Source: Kiritimatiellia bacterium
GTDB lineage: Bacteria; Verrucomicrobiota; Kiritimatiellia; RFP12; UBA1067
Direction of reading: 5' to 3'
Assembly (NCBI GenBank): GCA_035353175.1
Contig: DAOPZC010000015.1
Location: 7,928 to 71,927 of the forward strand
DNA: 64,000 nucleotides
How positions within the stretch are numbered: the stretch's first letter is position 1; each line of letters begins with the position of its first letter. This document shows, one piece after another, positions 1 through 9,933 of the stretch. A program made the translations under genes and the position numbers. The notes beneath the pieces are model-generated. The model ran no database searches, had not been told where the DNA came from, and saw only the letters and a program-made list of their open reading frames with translations.

Positions 1-1954
1 GCGCGTTCTCCTGCATTTCGGTGGTGTGGACTATAAGACTTGGGCGTACGTCAACGGTCAGCTGGCCGGGACGCACATGGGCGGAAACGCCGCGTTCGGG
101 TTCGAGATCACGACCTTTCTGAAAGAGGGCCCGAACGAGGTGGTGGTGCGGGTCGTCGACCATCTGCGCAGCGGTCTGCAGCCGGGCGGCAAGCAGGCTT
201 ACGACAAGAGCCAAGGATGCGTCTACACCCGCACGACCGGCATTTGGCAGTCCGTATGGCTCGAAGCGGTCGGCACGTCTTATGTGGAGAGCTTCTCGGT
301 CGTGCCCGATCCGGAGCATGCGCGGGTCTTGATCGAAGCGACGGTCAACGGCGCCGATCCGGATCTCGAGCTGAAGGCAGAGGCGTTTGCTGACGGCAAG
401 CGGATGGGTGCCGATTCGGCGGCGGGCACCTGGCGCAATCGTCGCCTGGTGCTGGAGCTCAAAAAAAAGCGCCTGTGGGAGCCGGGGGCACCGTTCCTCT
501 ACGATCTCACGTTTACGCTGACCAGCCGGGGTAAAGTGGTCGACCAGGTGCAGAGCTACTTCGGCTTGCGCTCGGTGGCGATCGAGGGCCGACGCATTCT
601 CATCAACGGCAAGCCCGTGTTCCAGCGCACGATTCTCGATCAGGGGTTCTATCCGGACGGTATCTGGACCGCGCCGACCGATGCGGCATTGAAGGGTGAT
701 ATCGAGCTCTCCATGGCGTGCGGTTTCAACGGCGCGCGGCTGCATCAGAAGGTCTTTGAGCCGCGTTTCCTCTATTGGGCCGACAAGCTCGGCTATCTGG
801 TCTGGGGCGAGTTTCCGAACTGGGGCTACAACTACCGGCCGGAAGGGTATGCGCCGTATGTGACCGAATGGACCGAGGTTCTGCTGCGCGACCGCAACCA
901 CCCGTCGGTCATCGGCTGGTGTCCTTTCAACGAGACGCCCGCATCGGCCGGCGAAATCCAGCAGGTGGTTTGGGCTGTGACCAAGGCCGTCGATCCGACG
1001 CGTCCCGTGTTGGAAACGAGCGGCTGGGTCCATACGCTGCCTCATCCGGAGGTGCGCGACGCGCACGACTACGACGGCAATCCGGAATCGCTGCGCAAGC
1101 GCTGGGAGGAGTATTTCTCGGGTGCGGCGACGGTCGCCCCGATGCCGCCGCGGTATGGGCATTCGTCGACATCCGTGAAAGACTGCGGCGTGCCGTTCAT
1201 GATCAGCGAGTTCGGCGGCATCGGCTGGGCCACCGAAGGCGGCTGGGGGTACGGGAAGGGGCCGCAGACGCTGGACGAGTTCTATGCCCGCTACAAAGGC
1301 CAGTGCGACGCTCAGCTGGACAATCCGAACTTTTTCGGCTTCTGCTACACGCAGCTGACCGATGTGGAACAGGAGCACAACGGCCTTTACTATTATGACC
1401 GCAAGCCCAAGTTCGATGTCGCGAAACTGCACGCGATCACGTCGCGCCAGGCCGCCTACGAGCGGGGCGAGGCACAGGCTCCGCAGCCTCTCCGCCTTGC
1501 CAATGCCGAGTGGAAAGTGCTTGTCGGCGCGGTGCAGGACGGCGCGCTCTGCACGCCCTATCGGTATGTGACCCAAACGCCGCAAGGGGAGTGGACTTCC
1601 GCGGCATATGACGACAGCTCATGGAAGTCGGGACTGCCGCCTTTCGGCACGGAAGGCAAGCGGATCGGGCGCACGCCTTGGGCGACCCCGGACATCTATT
1701 TGCGCAAGACCTTCGAGTACGACGGCGCGGAACTGCGGGCGGGCGCGGTGGTCATCACGTACGACGAGGACACCGAGGTCTACGTCAACGGCCAGAAGAT
1801 CCTGAGCGTCCAGAACTATATCGGCAACTATAAGCTGGTGGTCGTAACGGAGGCGCTCCGCAAGACATTGCGCAAGGGCGCCAATACGCTGGCCATCCAC
1901 ACGCATCAGACCATGGGCGGGCAGTTCATCGATCTCGCGCTGCTCGTCGAATAG
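1..1954 (+). CDS. Glycoside hydrolase family 2-like enzyme, 5'-truncated by the window edge, with a C-terminal galactose-binding-like beta-sandwich
   Basis: The frame is open from nt 2 (RVLLHFGGVDYKTWAYVNGQLAGTHMGG.., a GH2 sugar-binding domain signature). The track start at 26 is an internal GTG. Clan GH-A motifs are present: RNHPSVIGWCPFNE (acid/base NE) and FMISEFGG (nucleophile). The last ~140 aa (W..YDDSSWKSGLPPFG...VYVNGQKI) look like a lectin-type jelly roll. Confidence 0.8.
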   Translation, partial: RVLLHFGGVDYKTWAYVNGQLAGTHMGGNAAFGFEITTFLKEGPNEVVVRVVDHLRSGLQPGGKQAYDKSQGCVYTRTTGIWQSVWLEAVGTSYVESFSVVPDPEHARVLIEATVNGADPDLELKAEAFADGKRMGADSAAGTWRNRRLVLELKKKRLWEPGAPFLYDLTFTLTSRGKVVDQVQSYFGLRSVAIEGRRILINGKPVFQRTILDQGFYPDGIWTAPTDAALKGDIELSMACGFNGARLHQKVFEPRFLYWADKLGYLVWGEFPNWGYNYRPEGYAPYVTEWTEVLLRDRNHPSVIGWCPFNETPASAGEIQQVVWAVTKAVDPTRPVLETSGWVHTLPHPEVRDAHDYDGNPESLRKRWEEYFSGAATVAPMPPRYGHSSTSVKDCGVPFMISEFGGIGWATEGGWGYGKGPQTLDEFYARYKGQCDAQLDNPNFFGFCYTQLTDVEQEHNGLYYYDRKPKFDVAKLHAITSRQAAYERGEAQAPQPLRLANAEWKVLVGAVQDGALCTPYRYVTQTPQGEWTSAAYDDSSWKSGLPPFGTEGKRIGRTPWATPDIYLRKTFEYDGAELRAGAVVITYDEDTEVYVNGQKILSVQNYIGNYKLVVVTEALRKTLRKGANTLAIHTHQTMGGQFIDLALLVE

Positions 1955-1962
1955 AGATACGG

Positions 1963-2619
1963 CTATAGCCCCATGTCCTCGTTGACGATCAGCACGTGGA
2001 AATCGGTCAGGGTCGGCTTGCGGTCGATGATCGTGGTGACGTTGCAGATGCGCTGCGGCGCATCACAGTCGGCGCAGATGCCGGTGACCGCGCAGGGGGT
2101 CTGCTTGCCGAGACGCTGACAATTGGGAGGCGCGGACTTGTCCTTGATGCGTTTAATGGCATCGCAGATGTCGCCTTCGACGATCTTGTTGCGTCCGGCG
2201 ACCACGATGACTTTCGCAGGGCCATAGATCATGGCGGCCACGCGGTTGCCGTTGCCGTCGATGTTCACGAGGCAACCGTCGAGCGTCACGGCGTTGGTGC
2301 CGCTCAGGAACAGGTCGCAGGTCTGCTGCCGCTTCATGATGGACTGCTTCTGCTCGGGCGTCAGGTCAGGGAACCCGTGGTTCAGGATCTCCTTGCCCTG
2401 GTCGGCGAGGATCGTCGTGAGCTTCATGTCGGCCACGGAAAGCGAGCCTCCGAAGCCGACGGACTTGGCGGTCTGCGCCTGCGTGAGAATGTAGTCGGCA
2501 GCTTCCTGCGCCGTGGCGCAATAGACGGCGGTGAAGTGTTTCTTGGCCAGGTTCTCGACCAGTTTGCGGCACTTTTTTTCAGACGTCCAGTTGTTCAGTT
2601 CGATTGTTCGGGGTAGCAT
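1963..2619 (-). CDS. LUD (lactate-utilisation / DUF162) domain protein
   Basis: The track ORF is 1963..2661. The likely start is ATG 2619 (MLPRT..), preceded by AGGAG. The sequence resembles LutC/YkgG-type proteins (GFGGSLS, NAVTLDGCLVNIDGNGNRV). It has a C-terminal Cys cluster, CAVTGICADCDAPQRIC. The family call is from memory. Confidence 0.55.
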   Translation of the reverse strand: MLPRTIELNNWTSEKKCRKLVENLAKKHFTAVYCATAQEAADYILTQAQTAKSVGFGGSLSVADMKLTTILADQGKEILNHGFPDLTPEQKQSIMKRQQTCDLFLSGTNAVTLDGCLVNIDGNGNRVAAMIYGPAKVIVVAGRNKIVEGDICDAIKRIKDKSAPPNCQRLGKQTPCAVTGICADCDAPQRICNVTTIIDRKPTLTDFHVLIVNEDMGL

Positions 2620-2807
2620 GATCAGCTCCTTTGTTTCAATTGTGTCGGAATTATGAATCATGGCGCCAGAGGCGTCAAGGCAAGGCGTTTCAATTTGACC
2701 TCCCGGTGCATATAATCCGCGCTTTCTTGCTGCTTGTGGTGAAACCCGTGGAGTGTTAATTTATCAAACTTGGCGATCCGTGAGATGGACGAAAATTAAG
2801 GAAGAAA

Positions 2808-4733
2808 ATGAGACTCGAGATGAAACGTGGAGTGGCGCATAGAAATGGGGTTCGGCAGGGGGTCGGGCTCGGAGGTTTGTTTGGACTTGTCGCCCTGCAG
2901 GTCTGCGGGGCTGGGGTTGAGATCGGCACCCGGCAGAGAACGCTCGTGCCCGTCGAACTGCCGGAATATACGCCGATCGCGCCGTCAAATGTCGCTGCTT
3001 ATGTGGATTACGGGTACGCCCAATGGCAGTGGGAGGCCGGCACGAACCATGGCGTGCGGCTCGACCTGATGCCCGCGGATTACGCCATGGCCTCGCGCCG
3101 GACCCGCCTGCTCTCGTTCTTTACCATCAGCGACATCCATATCACGGACAAGGAGTCGCCAGCCCAAGTCCCTTATTACGGATGGGGCGCCGAGTTTGGC
3201 GATCCAGGTCTCGGATCGCTCAACCCGTCCTCGTACTCGCCGGCCATGTGCGCCACGACGCATCTGCTCGATTCGACGGTTCAGACGATCAACGCATTGC
3301 ACCGGCTGGCACCCTTCCATTTCGGCATCGCGCTCGGCGACTTCTGCAATTCCGGGCAGTACAACGAACTTCGCTGGTTTATCGACGTCATGGACGGCAA
3401 GAACATCCAGCCCAGCTCCGGCGCACATCTTGGCGCGGACACGATCGACTACCAAAAGCCTTATAAGGCGGCCGGCCTCGACCGTTCGATCCCGTGGTAT
3501 GCGGCCATCGGTAACCACGACCAGTTCTGGATGGGCATAGGCTATCCGACCGAGAAGGTCCGGCAAGCGCTGGTCAGCAGCAATGTGCTCGAGATCACTG
3601 ATGCCGTGGCGGGGCCTTTGTGGCCCAACGCTTCGGAAGGACAAGGCACCTACGTGGGGGTGGTCGACGGAACCACGAAGTATGGAGATGTGATCTATTG
3701 GGGGGCCACGAACGGGTATGAGACAACGCCGACCGTCGCGCCCGATCCGAACCGCCACATCATCACGGAAAATATTGCGTCGCCCACGAACTTCATCGCC
3801 GAGTTTTTCAATACGACATCTGAGCCGGTCGGGCACGGTTTCATCCGGGATGGCGCAGGAAGTACGGCAGCTTGCTACACCTTTCAACCAATGTCCAATG
3901 CGCCGATCCGCGTCATCGTGCTCGACAACACATGCAAGTCCGACCAGGCGAACGAGGATGCCATGTTCTACGGCGGGGGCTGGATGGACGACGCGCGCTA
4001 CGCGTGGCTCACTAACGAGCTGCAGAGGGGGCAGAACGATGAACAGTTGATGATTCTGGCCGCCCATGTTCCTGTAAATCCTCAAGAGAGCCTGCTGTCG
4101 ACGAACAAGCTTGTGGGCATTCAGTTTTACGATGAAGCGGTGGAGACGAACTTAATTGCCACGTTGCACCGTTACCCGAATCTTTTGATGCTGATGACCG
4201 GGCATCGCCACGTGAGCGTGGTGACGCCGTACCCCTCGCCCGATCCGACTCATCCCGAGTTAGGCTTCTGGCAGGTTGAAACGCCGTCGCTGCGGGATTT
4301 TCCCATCCAGTTCCGTTCGTGGGAGATTTTTCTCAACAGCGACACGAACATCTCGATCGTGACGACGGATGTCGATCCGGAGACGACGCCCGATTCGCCG
4401 GCGGGCAAGGCCGTCAGCCTGGGGCTTGGCGCGCTGCGTGTGTACAGCAGCATTGAACTGACCAACACGTATTCGCACGCGTACAATGCGGAGCTGGTCA
4501 AGCTGTTGACTCCCGAGATGCAGGCGAAGCTGGCCGGCTGCGGAGAGACGCAATGGCGGCGTGTGAGCATCGACAGCGGTGTCGACGGACTTGAAGTCGG
4601 CTTTCTCGGCCGGCTGCAGAGTACGGATTCTCTGGTTGCGCCTTTGTGGGCGGAGGTTTCGGACGCGACGAACAGCCCCCACCGGGTATCAGCGCAGTCC
4701 TCGCCACAGTTTTTCCGTGCCGTGAAGGAGTGA
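2808..4733 (+). CDS. Secreted calcineurin-like metallophosphoesterase (TIGR03768-like) with an extra C-terminal beta-sandwich-like tail domain
   Basis: Metallophosphoesterase motifs occur in canonical order: ISDIHITD, GDFCNSGQYNE, GNHD, AAHVP, GHRH. There is an N-terminal hydrophobic segment (GLGGLFGLVALQVCGAG). AAGGAAG lies just upstream of ATG 2808. The C-terminal ~70 aa end in LQSTDSLVAPLW...QFFRAVKE (see findings). Confidence 0.75.
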   Translation: MRLEMKRGVAHRNGVRQGVGLGGLFGLVALQVCGAGVEIGTRQRTLVPVELPEYTPIAPSNVAAYVDYGYAQWQWEAGTNHGVRLDLMPADYAMASRRTRLLSFFTISDIHITDKESPAQVPYYGWGAEFGDPGLGSLNPSSYSPAMCATTHLLDSTVQTINALHRLAPFHFGIALGDFCNSGQYNELRWFIDVMDGKNIQPSSGAHLGADTIDYQKPYKAAGLDRSIPWYAAIGNHDQFWMGIGYPTEKVRQALVSSNVLEITDAVAGPLWPNASEGQGTYVGVVDGTTKYGDVIYWGATNGYETTPTVAPDPNRHIITENIASPTNFIAEFFNTTSEPVGHGFIRDGAGSTAACYTFQPMSNAPIRVIVLDNTCKSDQANEDAMFYGGGWMDDARYAWLTNELQRGQNDEQLMILAAHVPVNPQESLLSTNKLVGIQFYDEAVETNLIATLHRYPNLLMLMTGHRHVSVVTPYPSPDPTHPELGFWQVETPSLRDFPIQFRSWEIFLNSDTNISIVTTDVDPETTPDSPAGKAVSLGLGALRVYSSIELTNTYSHAYNAELVKLLTPEMQAKLAGCGETQWRRVSIDSGVDGLEVGFLGRLQSTDSLVAPLWAEVSDATNSPHRVSAQSSPQFFRAVKE

Positions 4734-4754
4734 GACGTCCGCCATCGCCGTTCC

Positions 4755-4796
4755 GGTTCCTCTCGCGAGAGATCGCGGAGGAACCTATTTTTTTTC
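4755..4796 (+). terminator. Rho-independent terminator candidate after the metallophosphoesterase gene
   Basis: The stem is GGTTCCTC (4755-4762) paired with GAGGAACC (4778-4785), followed by TATTTTTTTT. The T-run overlaps the 3' end of the convergent gene. Confidence 0.55.
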
Positions 4797-5321
4797 AAAA
4801 GGCAGCGGCACGGCGTTGACCATGAGCCGCACCTGTTTGACGCGGTCGTCGCCGGCGAAGGCGCGGACGGCCTGCTCGATCCGTTTCAGCTGGGTGCGAC
4901 GGATCTCGAACAGGTGCAGGGACGAGGTCACGTAGACGTAAAGGATGCCGTTGTCCCATTTGCCCGGGCGGGACACTTTGGCCACCTCCGGAGGAACGAG
5001 GCTTGGCCAGGTTTTCATCAGTTCGTCGAGCCAGGGGCTCTCCTTGATGTTGAGGCGTTTGAGCGTCTTCTCGATGAGCGCCGAGAACGGCTCGGGTTCC
5101 TGTCGCGTTTCCGGCGGATCGGCGTCGATCGGCAGGCCGGGGATGACGTGTTCGAAGAGCGTCTTGACCCCGCGGTTGCGGGCGAGGTCGCGCGGCGTCA
5201 GTTCGCGGCGGACGGCGTTCGGCTCCGTGCGGAAAGAGGCCTCATCCGGCAGCCCCCGGAAATCGGCCGCTTCGGCCTCGAAATCGGAGGGCTTTTCAAA
5301 CGGATGTTTGCCTTTATGCAT
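4785..5321 (-). CDS. DUF721 / DciA-like protein (putative replicative-helicase operator)
   Basis: The C-terminal half (WPSLVPPEVAKVSRPGKWDNGILYVYVTSSLHLFEIRRTQLKRIEQAV) matches the DUF721 pattern as I remember it. The N-terminal ~90 aa are acidic and disordered-looking. Confidence 0.5.
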   Translation of the reverse strand: MHKGKHPFEKPSDFEAEAADFRGLPDEASFRTEPNAVRRELTPRDLARNRGVKTLFEHVIPGLPIDADPPETRQEPEPFSALIEKTLKRLNIKESPWLDELMKTWPSLVPPEVAKVSRPGKWDNGILYVYVTSSLHLFEIRRTQLKRIEQAVRAFAGDDRVKQVRLMVNAVPLPFEKK

Positions 5322-5369
5322 GAAGGCAGTATATCATAACGGTGCGAACAAGGTGAATAGGAGCGTACC

Positions 5370-6566
5370 ATGAAAAAAGGCAATATGCTGATCGCCCAGA
5401 GCGGCGGTCCTTCGATGGTGATTAACCAGAGTCTCGTCGGTGCCGTTTTGGCTGCCAGAGAGAACAAATCCGTCGGCAAGATTTACGGCGCGCTGCACGG
5501 AATCCAGGGGATTTTGGATGAGAACTTCATCGATTTGCGCAAGGAAAGCCGCACGACGCTAGAGGCCGTCGCCAATACGCCCGCGTCGGCCTTAGGTTCG
5601 GTGCGCCGCAAGCCGACTTCCGAAGACTGCCAGTCGATCTTTCGCGTGTTGCGCAAGCTGGACGTCCGCTACTTCTTTTACATCGGAGGCAACGATTCGG
5701 CCGAGACCGTGCACATCATCAACGAGGAGGCGGTGAAGGAAGAGTACGGCATCTGCTGTTTTCATATCCCCAAGACGATCGACAACGATCTGCGCGAGAG
5801 CGACCACACGCCGGGCTACGGCAGCGCCGCGCGGTTTGTGGCGTGCGCGATCAAGGGCGACGATCTGGACAACCGCGCCTTGGGCGGTGTGAAGATCGAC
5901 GTGATCATGGGACGCAACGCGGGCTTCCTGACCGCCGCAGCCGCGCTGGCGCGCCAGGAGAAGGACGACGGACCGCACTTAATCTACCTGCCGGAGCGCC
6001 CCTTCAGCGTCGAGGTCTTTGTCAAGAACGTGAAAGCCGCGGTGAAGAAGTACGGGCGGTGTGTCGTGGCGGTCTCTGAAGGGATCGTGGACAAAGACGG
6101 CACGCCGATCCTCGCGAAATTCACGCAAGAGACCGACTCGCACGGCAACGTGCAGCTGAGCGGCACCGGCGCACTGGGCGATCTGCTGGCGAAGGTCGTC
6201 AAGGAGCAGGCCGGCATCAAGCGTGTGCGCGCCGACACCTTCGGCTATCTGCAGCGATCCTTCCCCGGCATCGCTTCGGCGAGCGACGCGATGGAGGCAC
6301 GGCTGGTCGGCGTCGCGGCCGTGCAGGCGGCGGTCAACGACGAGGTTTCCAGCGGGTCGGTCGCGATCAAGCGCAAGGCGACCAAGAAGTACAGCGTGGA
6401 TTTCGAAGTGGTGCCGCTGCGCAGCGTGGCCAAGGAGACGCGCCACATGCCGGACGCGTTTATCAGCAAGGCGGGCAACGATGTGACGCAAGCGTTCATC
6501 GATTACGCCCGTCCGTTGGTCGGGGCGCTGCCGCCCTGCGCGCGCTTCGCGCAACTGCGGGCGTGA
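5370..6566 (+). CDS. pfp: Pyrophosphate-dependent 6-phosphofructokinase (PfkA family)
   Basis: PFK motifs are present: AQSGGPSMVIN, IGGNDS (Asp at the position that is Gly in ATP-dependent enzymes) and IPKTIDND (Lys, also diagnostic of PPi types). GGAG-like GAATAGGAG lies upstream of the ATG. Confidence 0.85.
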   Translation: MKKGNMLIAQSGGPSMVINQSLVGAVLAARENKSVGKIYGALHGIQGILDENFIDLRKESRTTLEAVANTPASALGSVRRKPTSEDCQSIFRVLRKLDVRYFFYIGGNDSAETVHIINEEAVKEEYGICCFHIPKTIDNDLRESDHTPGYGSAARFVACAIKGDDLDNRALGGVKIDVIMGRNAGFLTAAAALARQEKDDGPHLIYLPERPFSVEVFVKNVKAAVKKYGRCVVAVSEGIVDKDGTPILAKFTQETDSHGNVQLSGTGALGDLLAKVVKEQAGIKRVRADTFGYLQRSFPGIASASDAMEARLVGVAAVQAAVNDEVSSGSVAIKRKATKKYSVDFEVVPLRSVAKETRHMPDAFISKAGNDVTQAFIDYARPLVGALPPCARFAQLRA

Positions 6567-6595
6567 ATGTTCCCGGATGGCGAAAGGGGTTCGGT

Positions 6596-7060
6596 ATGGA
6601 CGAGGTCGTGAGCGGGGCGGCGGATTCCGCGATGGCGGACGAGACGTTGTCGCGCACCGAGCTTCAGATTGAACAGGAGAAGCTCAAGCTGGAGCGCGAG
6701 CGCATCCTGTTGGAGCGTGAGCGCCTCGAGGCGGTCCGCGACCGCGTGACTGCGCAGGCCGGTTTGCACACCGACAAGAACGGCAAATTGTCGGTGACGC
6801 TCTCGACGCTTATCCTGGTCTCCATCATCTGCACACTGGCGGGGGGAATTCTCGGGGCTTTCTCGACCTCCACGCATCTGGACCGCCGCAATGCGGCGCG
6901 GCTGCAGGAGGTGATGCAGACGCTGGCTTCGTCTTCGCCCGAATCGCTTGGGATCACGACCAACGAGAGCGGCGCGGCCGCAAACGAGATGCCTGCGTGG
7001 CTCAAGACGATGAAGCCCAAAGGCACCCATGCCGGCATTTCGCTGGTGGTGATCCAATAG
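6596..7060 (+). CDS. Hypothetical coiled-coil membrane protein
   Basis: The track ORF starts at GTG 6563, overlapping the pfp stop. ATG 6596 has AAAGGGG upstream. There is a coiled-coil stretch (ELQIEQEKLKLERERILLERERLEAVRDR) followed by one TM helix (LSTLILVSIICTLAGGILGAF). No family was recognised. Confidence 0.45.
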   Translation: MDEVVSGAADSAMADETLSRTELQIEQEKLKLERERILLERERLEAVRDRVTAQAGLHTDKNGKLSVTLSTLILVSIICTLAGGILGAFSTSTHLDRRNAARLQEVMQTLASSSPESLGITTNESGAAANEMPAWLKTMKPKGTHAGISLVVIQ

Positions 7061-7090
7061 AAAGAACGATGAGGGAGCGGAGAGTTCGGG

Positions 7091-8476
7091 ATGTCGTTTT
7101 TCAAGGCCTATGACATGCGCGGCGAGTTCGGAAAGGATTTCGATCTCGACACGGTCTACCGCATCGGGCGCTGGCTTCCGGCCGTGCTCGGCGCCCGGCG
7201 CATGCTGATCGGACGCGACATGCGGCTCTCCTCGGAGTGCGTCCGCGATGCGCTCTGCCGCGGGCTGACGGAGTCGGGCTGCGCGGTGGACGACATGGGC
7301 TTGGCCACGACGCCGATGGTCTATTTCTTTACGGCGAGAGAGGGGTATGACGCCTCGGTGCAGATCACGGCCTCGCATAACCCTCCGGACCACAACGGCA
7401 TGAAGGTGTCGCGTTCCGGCGCGATACCGGTGGGCTATGCGACGGGCCTCGCGAAGCTCGAGGAGCGCGTTGCCTCGGACACGTTGCCGCCCGCGGCGGT
7501 GACCGGTGCCTGCAGGACGGTGTCGTATCGCGACGATTTTGTGCAGTGGCTGCGGACCCGTCTGGCTGATCTTTCCGGCTTGCGGTTCGCCGTGGACTGT
7601 TCGGACGGCGTGGCGGGTTTGATCGTCCGCGATCTGCTGGGCGAGAGCCCCGTCTACCTCAACGAGGTGCCGGACGGACGGTTCCCGCATCACTCACCCA
7701 ATCCCCTGGAGGCCGGAAGCCGCACGCAGGTTGCGGACACGGTGCGCGCGCGGGGGCTCGACGCGGGCGTCATCTTTGACGGAGACGCGGACCGCGTGAT
7801 GTTCGTGGACGAGACGGGCGCGTTCGTGCAACCGGACTATCTGATTCCGGTGATCGCCCGGCACTTCCTCGCGCGTGAACCGGGCGCGACGGTGATCCAC
7901 GATATCCGCACTTCGCGCGGAGCGATCGAGGCGCTGCGGGCGGACGGGGCCAAGACGGTGATGGGCAAGGTCGGACATGCGTTCGCCAAAATGGCCCTGC
8001 GCGAAACGGGGGCGGTGTGCGGCGGCGAATTGGCCGGACACTATTATTTCCGCGATTTCTTCTGTTGCGACTCGGGCGAGCTGGCCGCGCTGCTGGTGCT
8101 GGCCGCGTTGGCGGAGGCCAAGCGCCAGGGGGTGAGTTTCAGCGCGCTGATGGCGCCGATCCGCAAATACGCCAACTCCGGCGAGCGCAACTATCGGATC
8201 CAAGACAAAGACGGTGCGATCGCGGCGGTCTTGTCGGCGCTGGCGGCGCTCGGGCCGCCGCAGGCGCGTGCGGATTTCGACGGCGTGCGTCTCGATTATG
8301 CCGACGGGTGGGTGAACATCCGCAAGTCCAATACCGAACCTTTTCTGAGAATGATTGTCGAAGCGCGCGATGCGGCCACCTTGACGGAATGGCTGTCCAT
8401 GCTGGAAGATGTGTTGGCGCCGTTTGGTGCGGCCGAAGCCGGCTGCGCGCCGGAACATGAATCATGCTTGAAGTAG
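7091..8476 (+). CDS. Phosphomannomutase/phosphoglucomutase (alpha-D-phosphohexomutase)
   Basis: It has the active-site Ser loop TASHNPPDHNGMK, the Mg loop FDGDADRVMF and the sugar loop CGGELAGHYYF. Confidence 0.9.
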   Translation: MSFFKAYDMRGEFGKDFDLDTVYRIGRWLPAVLGARRMLIGRDMRLSSECVRDALCRGLTESGCAVDDMGLATTPMVYFFTAREGYDASVQITASHNPPDHNGMKVSRSGAIPVGYATGLAKLEERVASDTLPPAAVTGACRTVSYRDDFVQWLRTRLADLSGLRFAVDCSDGVAGLIVRDLLGESPVYLNEVPDGRFPHHSPNPLEAGSRTQVADTVRARGLDAGVIFDGDADRVMFVDETGAFVQPDYLIPVIARHFLAREPGATVIHDIRTSRGAIEALRADGAKTVMGKVGHAFAKMALRETGAVCGGELAGHYYFRDFFCCDSGELAALLVLAALAEAKRQGVSFSALMAPIRKYANSGERNYRIQDKDGAIAAVLSALAALGPPQARADFDGVRLDYADGWVNIRKSNTEPFLRMIVEARDAATLTEWLSMLEDVLAPFGAAEAGCAPEHESCLK

Positions 8477-9189
8477 ACCATATCAGTTTTTCATACGGGA
8501 GCCACGTGGTGCTCGACGACGTTTCGTTCGATGTGGCACCGGGAGAAATCGTCGCGCTCATGGGACCCAACGGCGCCGGCAAGACGACGCTGCTGAAAAT
8601 CTTGGCCTGCCTCTTGATGCAGGATGCCGGCACGGTCCGGCTCGATGCGGTCGACCCTCTGGTGCGTCCGGTCAGGTACCGGCGGGGGATCGGGTATCTC
8701 TCCGAGCACTGTCCTCTCTATAGCGAAATGACGGTCGAAGCGTATCTGACCTATCGGGTGCGACTCAAGGGAGAGCGCAGCATGCGCGTGCGTCGCCGGG
8801 TGAGCGAGGCGCTGGATCAGTGCGGGCTGGTGGCGGTGGCCAAGACGCGCGTGCGACTTCTGTCGCAAGGATACCGTAAACGCGTGGGGCTGGCGGACGC
8901 CTTGATCATGCATCCGAAACTGCTGCTGCTGGACGACCTGTTGGCGGGCCTCGATGTGGGGCAACGCAAGAAAACGGCGGCCGTAATGTCGGCGGCATCG
9001 TCCCGGGCCGCCGTTGTGGTGTCGGGCCATGAGGTCCATGAGATGCAGGACTGGTGCACGCGGTTTGTGGTGCTGAACCGGGGACGCGTGGTGGCGATGT
9101 ATCGGGCGAGCGATTACAGCCGTTCGCAGCTGGCGAAGCTGCTGGAGACGCAGATGACGTCGGGATTTGAAGGCGAGGTGGGCCCATGA
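8464..9189 (+). CDS. ABC transporter ATP-binding protein (GldA-like, ABC-2 type)
   Basis: Walker A is GPNGAGKTT, the signature is LSQGYRKR and Walker B is LLLLDD. The gene overlaps the upstream gene by 13 nt. Confidence 0.85.
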   Translation: MLEVDHISFSYGSHVVLDDVSFDVAPGEIVALMGPNGAGKTTLLKILACLLMQDAGTVRLDAVDPLVRPVRYRRGIGYLSEHCPLYSEMTVEAYLTYRVRLKGERSMRVRRRVSEALDQCGLVAVAKTRVRLLSQGYRKRVGLADALIMHPKLLLLDDLLAGLDVGQRKKTAAVMSAASSRAAVVVSGHEVHEMQDWCTRFVVLNRGRVVAMYRASDYSRSQLAKLLETQMTSGFEGEVGP

Positions 9190-9929
9190 CGGCCATTCAA
9201 GTCACCTGGGTGCGGGAGGTCAAGGCGTTCCGCGGCGCATTCTCGTGCGGCGTGCCGGTGGCCGCCTTTCTGGCCGCCTGCGGATGGACCTTCGTCGTGA
9301 CGCTGCGGCGCAACGAGGGCAGCGTTCTTCAGATCCAGAGCATCTGGGGACTTTCGATCGCACCTTGGCTGCCGATCTTGAGCGCGCTGCTGACGATGCG
9401 GCTTTTTGCGGAGGAGCGTTCGACGGGCATGATCGATCTGCTGATGTCCTCGCCGATCCGCGAGCGGGATCTGGTGATCGGTAAATTCCTTTCGGCGATG
9501 ACGGTCATGGCGGTGGCGTTGGCCCTGTCGCTGGTCGTGCCGCTGCTGGTGCTGCCGATGTTGTCGCTGCCGGTGCAGGGAACGGTTCGGGGCGTAGCGT
9601 TTGCGGCCACGTTTCTGATCCTGTTCCTGCAGGCGTCGACCTGGTGCGCGGCCGGAACGATGATTTCGGTGTTCTTCCGCAATCAGGCCGCGGCCGCCGT
9701 CAGTTCGCTGGTGCTGTGTAGCGGCATCCCGATCGTCGTGTACGCGGCCATCCTGGCGTGGGTGCCGTCGGTCCGGGCGGAAATGGCGTGGATGCCTTTC
9801 CTGGTCCACGTGTATGATTTTTCGACGGGGCTGTTTTCGACGTCCGTGATCGCACTGTATGGGGTCACGACGGTTTTCTTTCTGTTCGGCTGTTCAAAAT
9901 TGTTGGCGTGTCTGAGGTTGCGGGGTTGA
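9186..9929 (+). CDS. ABC-2 type transporter permease (GldF-like)
   Basis: There is an ATGA start/stop overlap with the ATPase gene. About six hydrophobic helices are visible. Confidence 0.7.
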   Translation: MTAIQVTWVREVKAFRGAFSCGVPVAAFLAACGWTFVVTLRRNEGSVLQIQSIWGLSIAPWLPILSALLTMRLFAEERSTGMIDLLMSSPIRERDLVIGKFLSAMTVMAVALALSLVVPLLVLPMLSLPVQGTVRGVAFAATFLILFLQASTWCAAGTMISVFFRNQAAAAVSSLVLCSGIPIVVYAAILAWVPSVRAEMAWMPFLVHVYDFSTGLFSTSVIALYGVTTVFFLFGCSKLLACLRLRG

Positions 9930-9933
9930 TGAC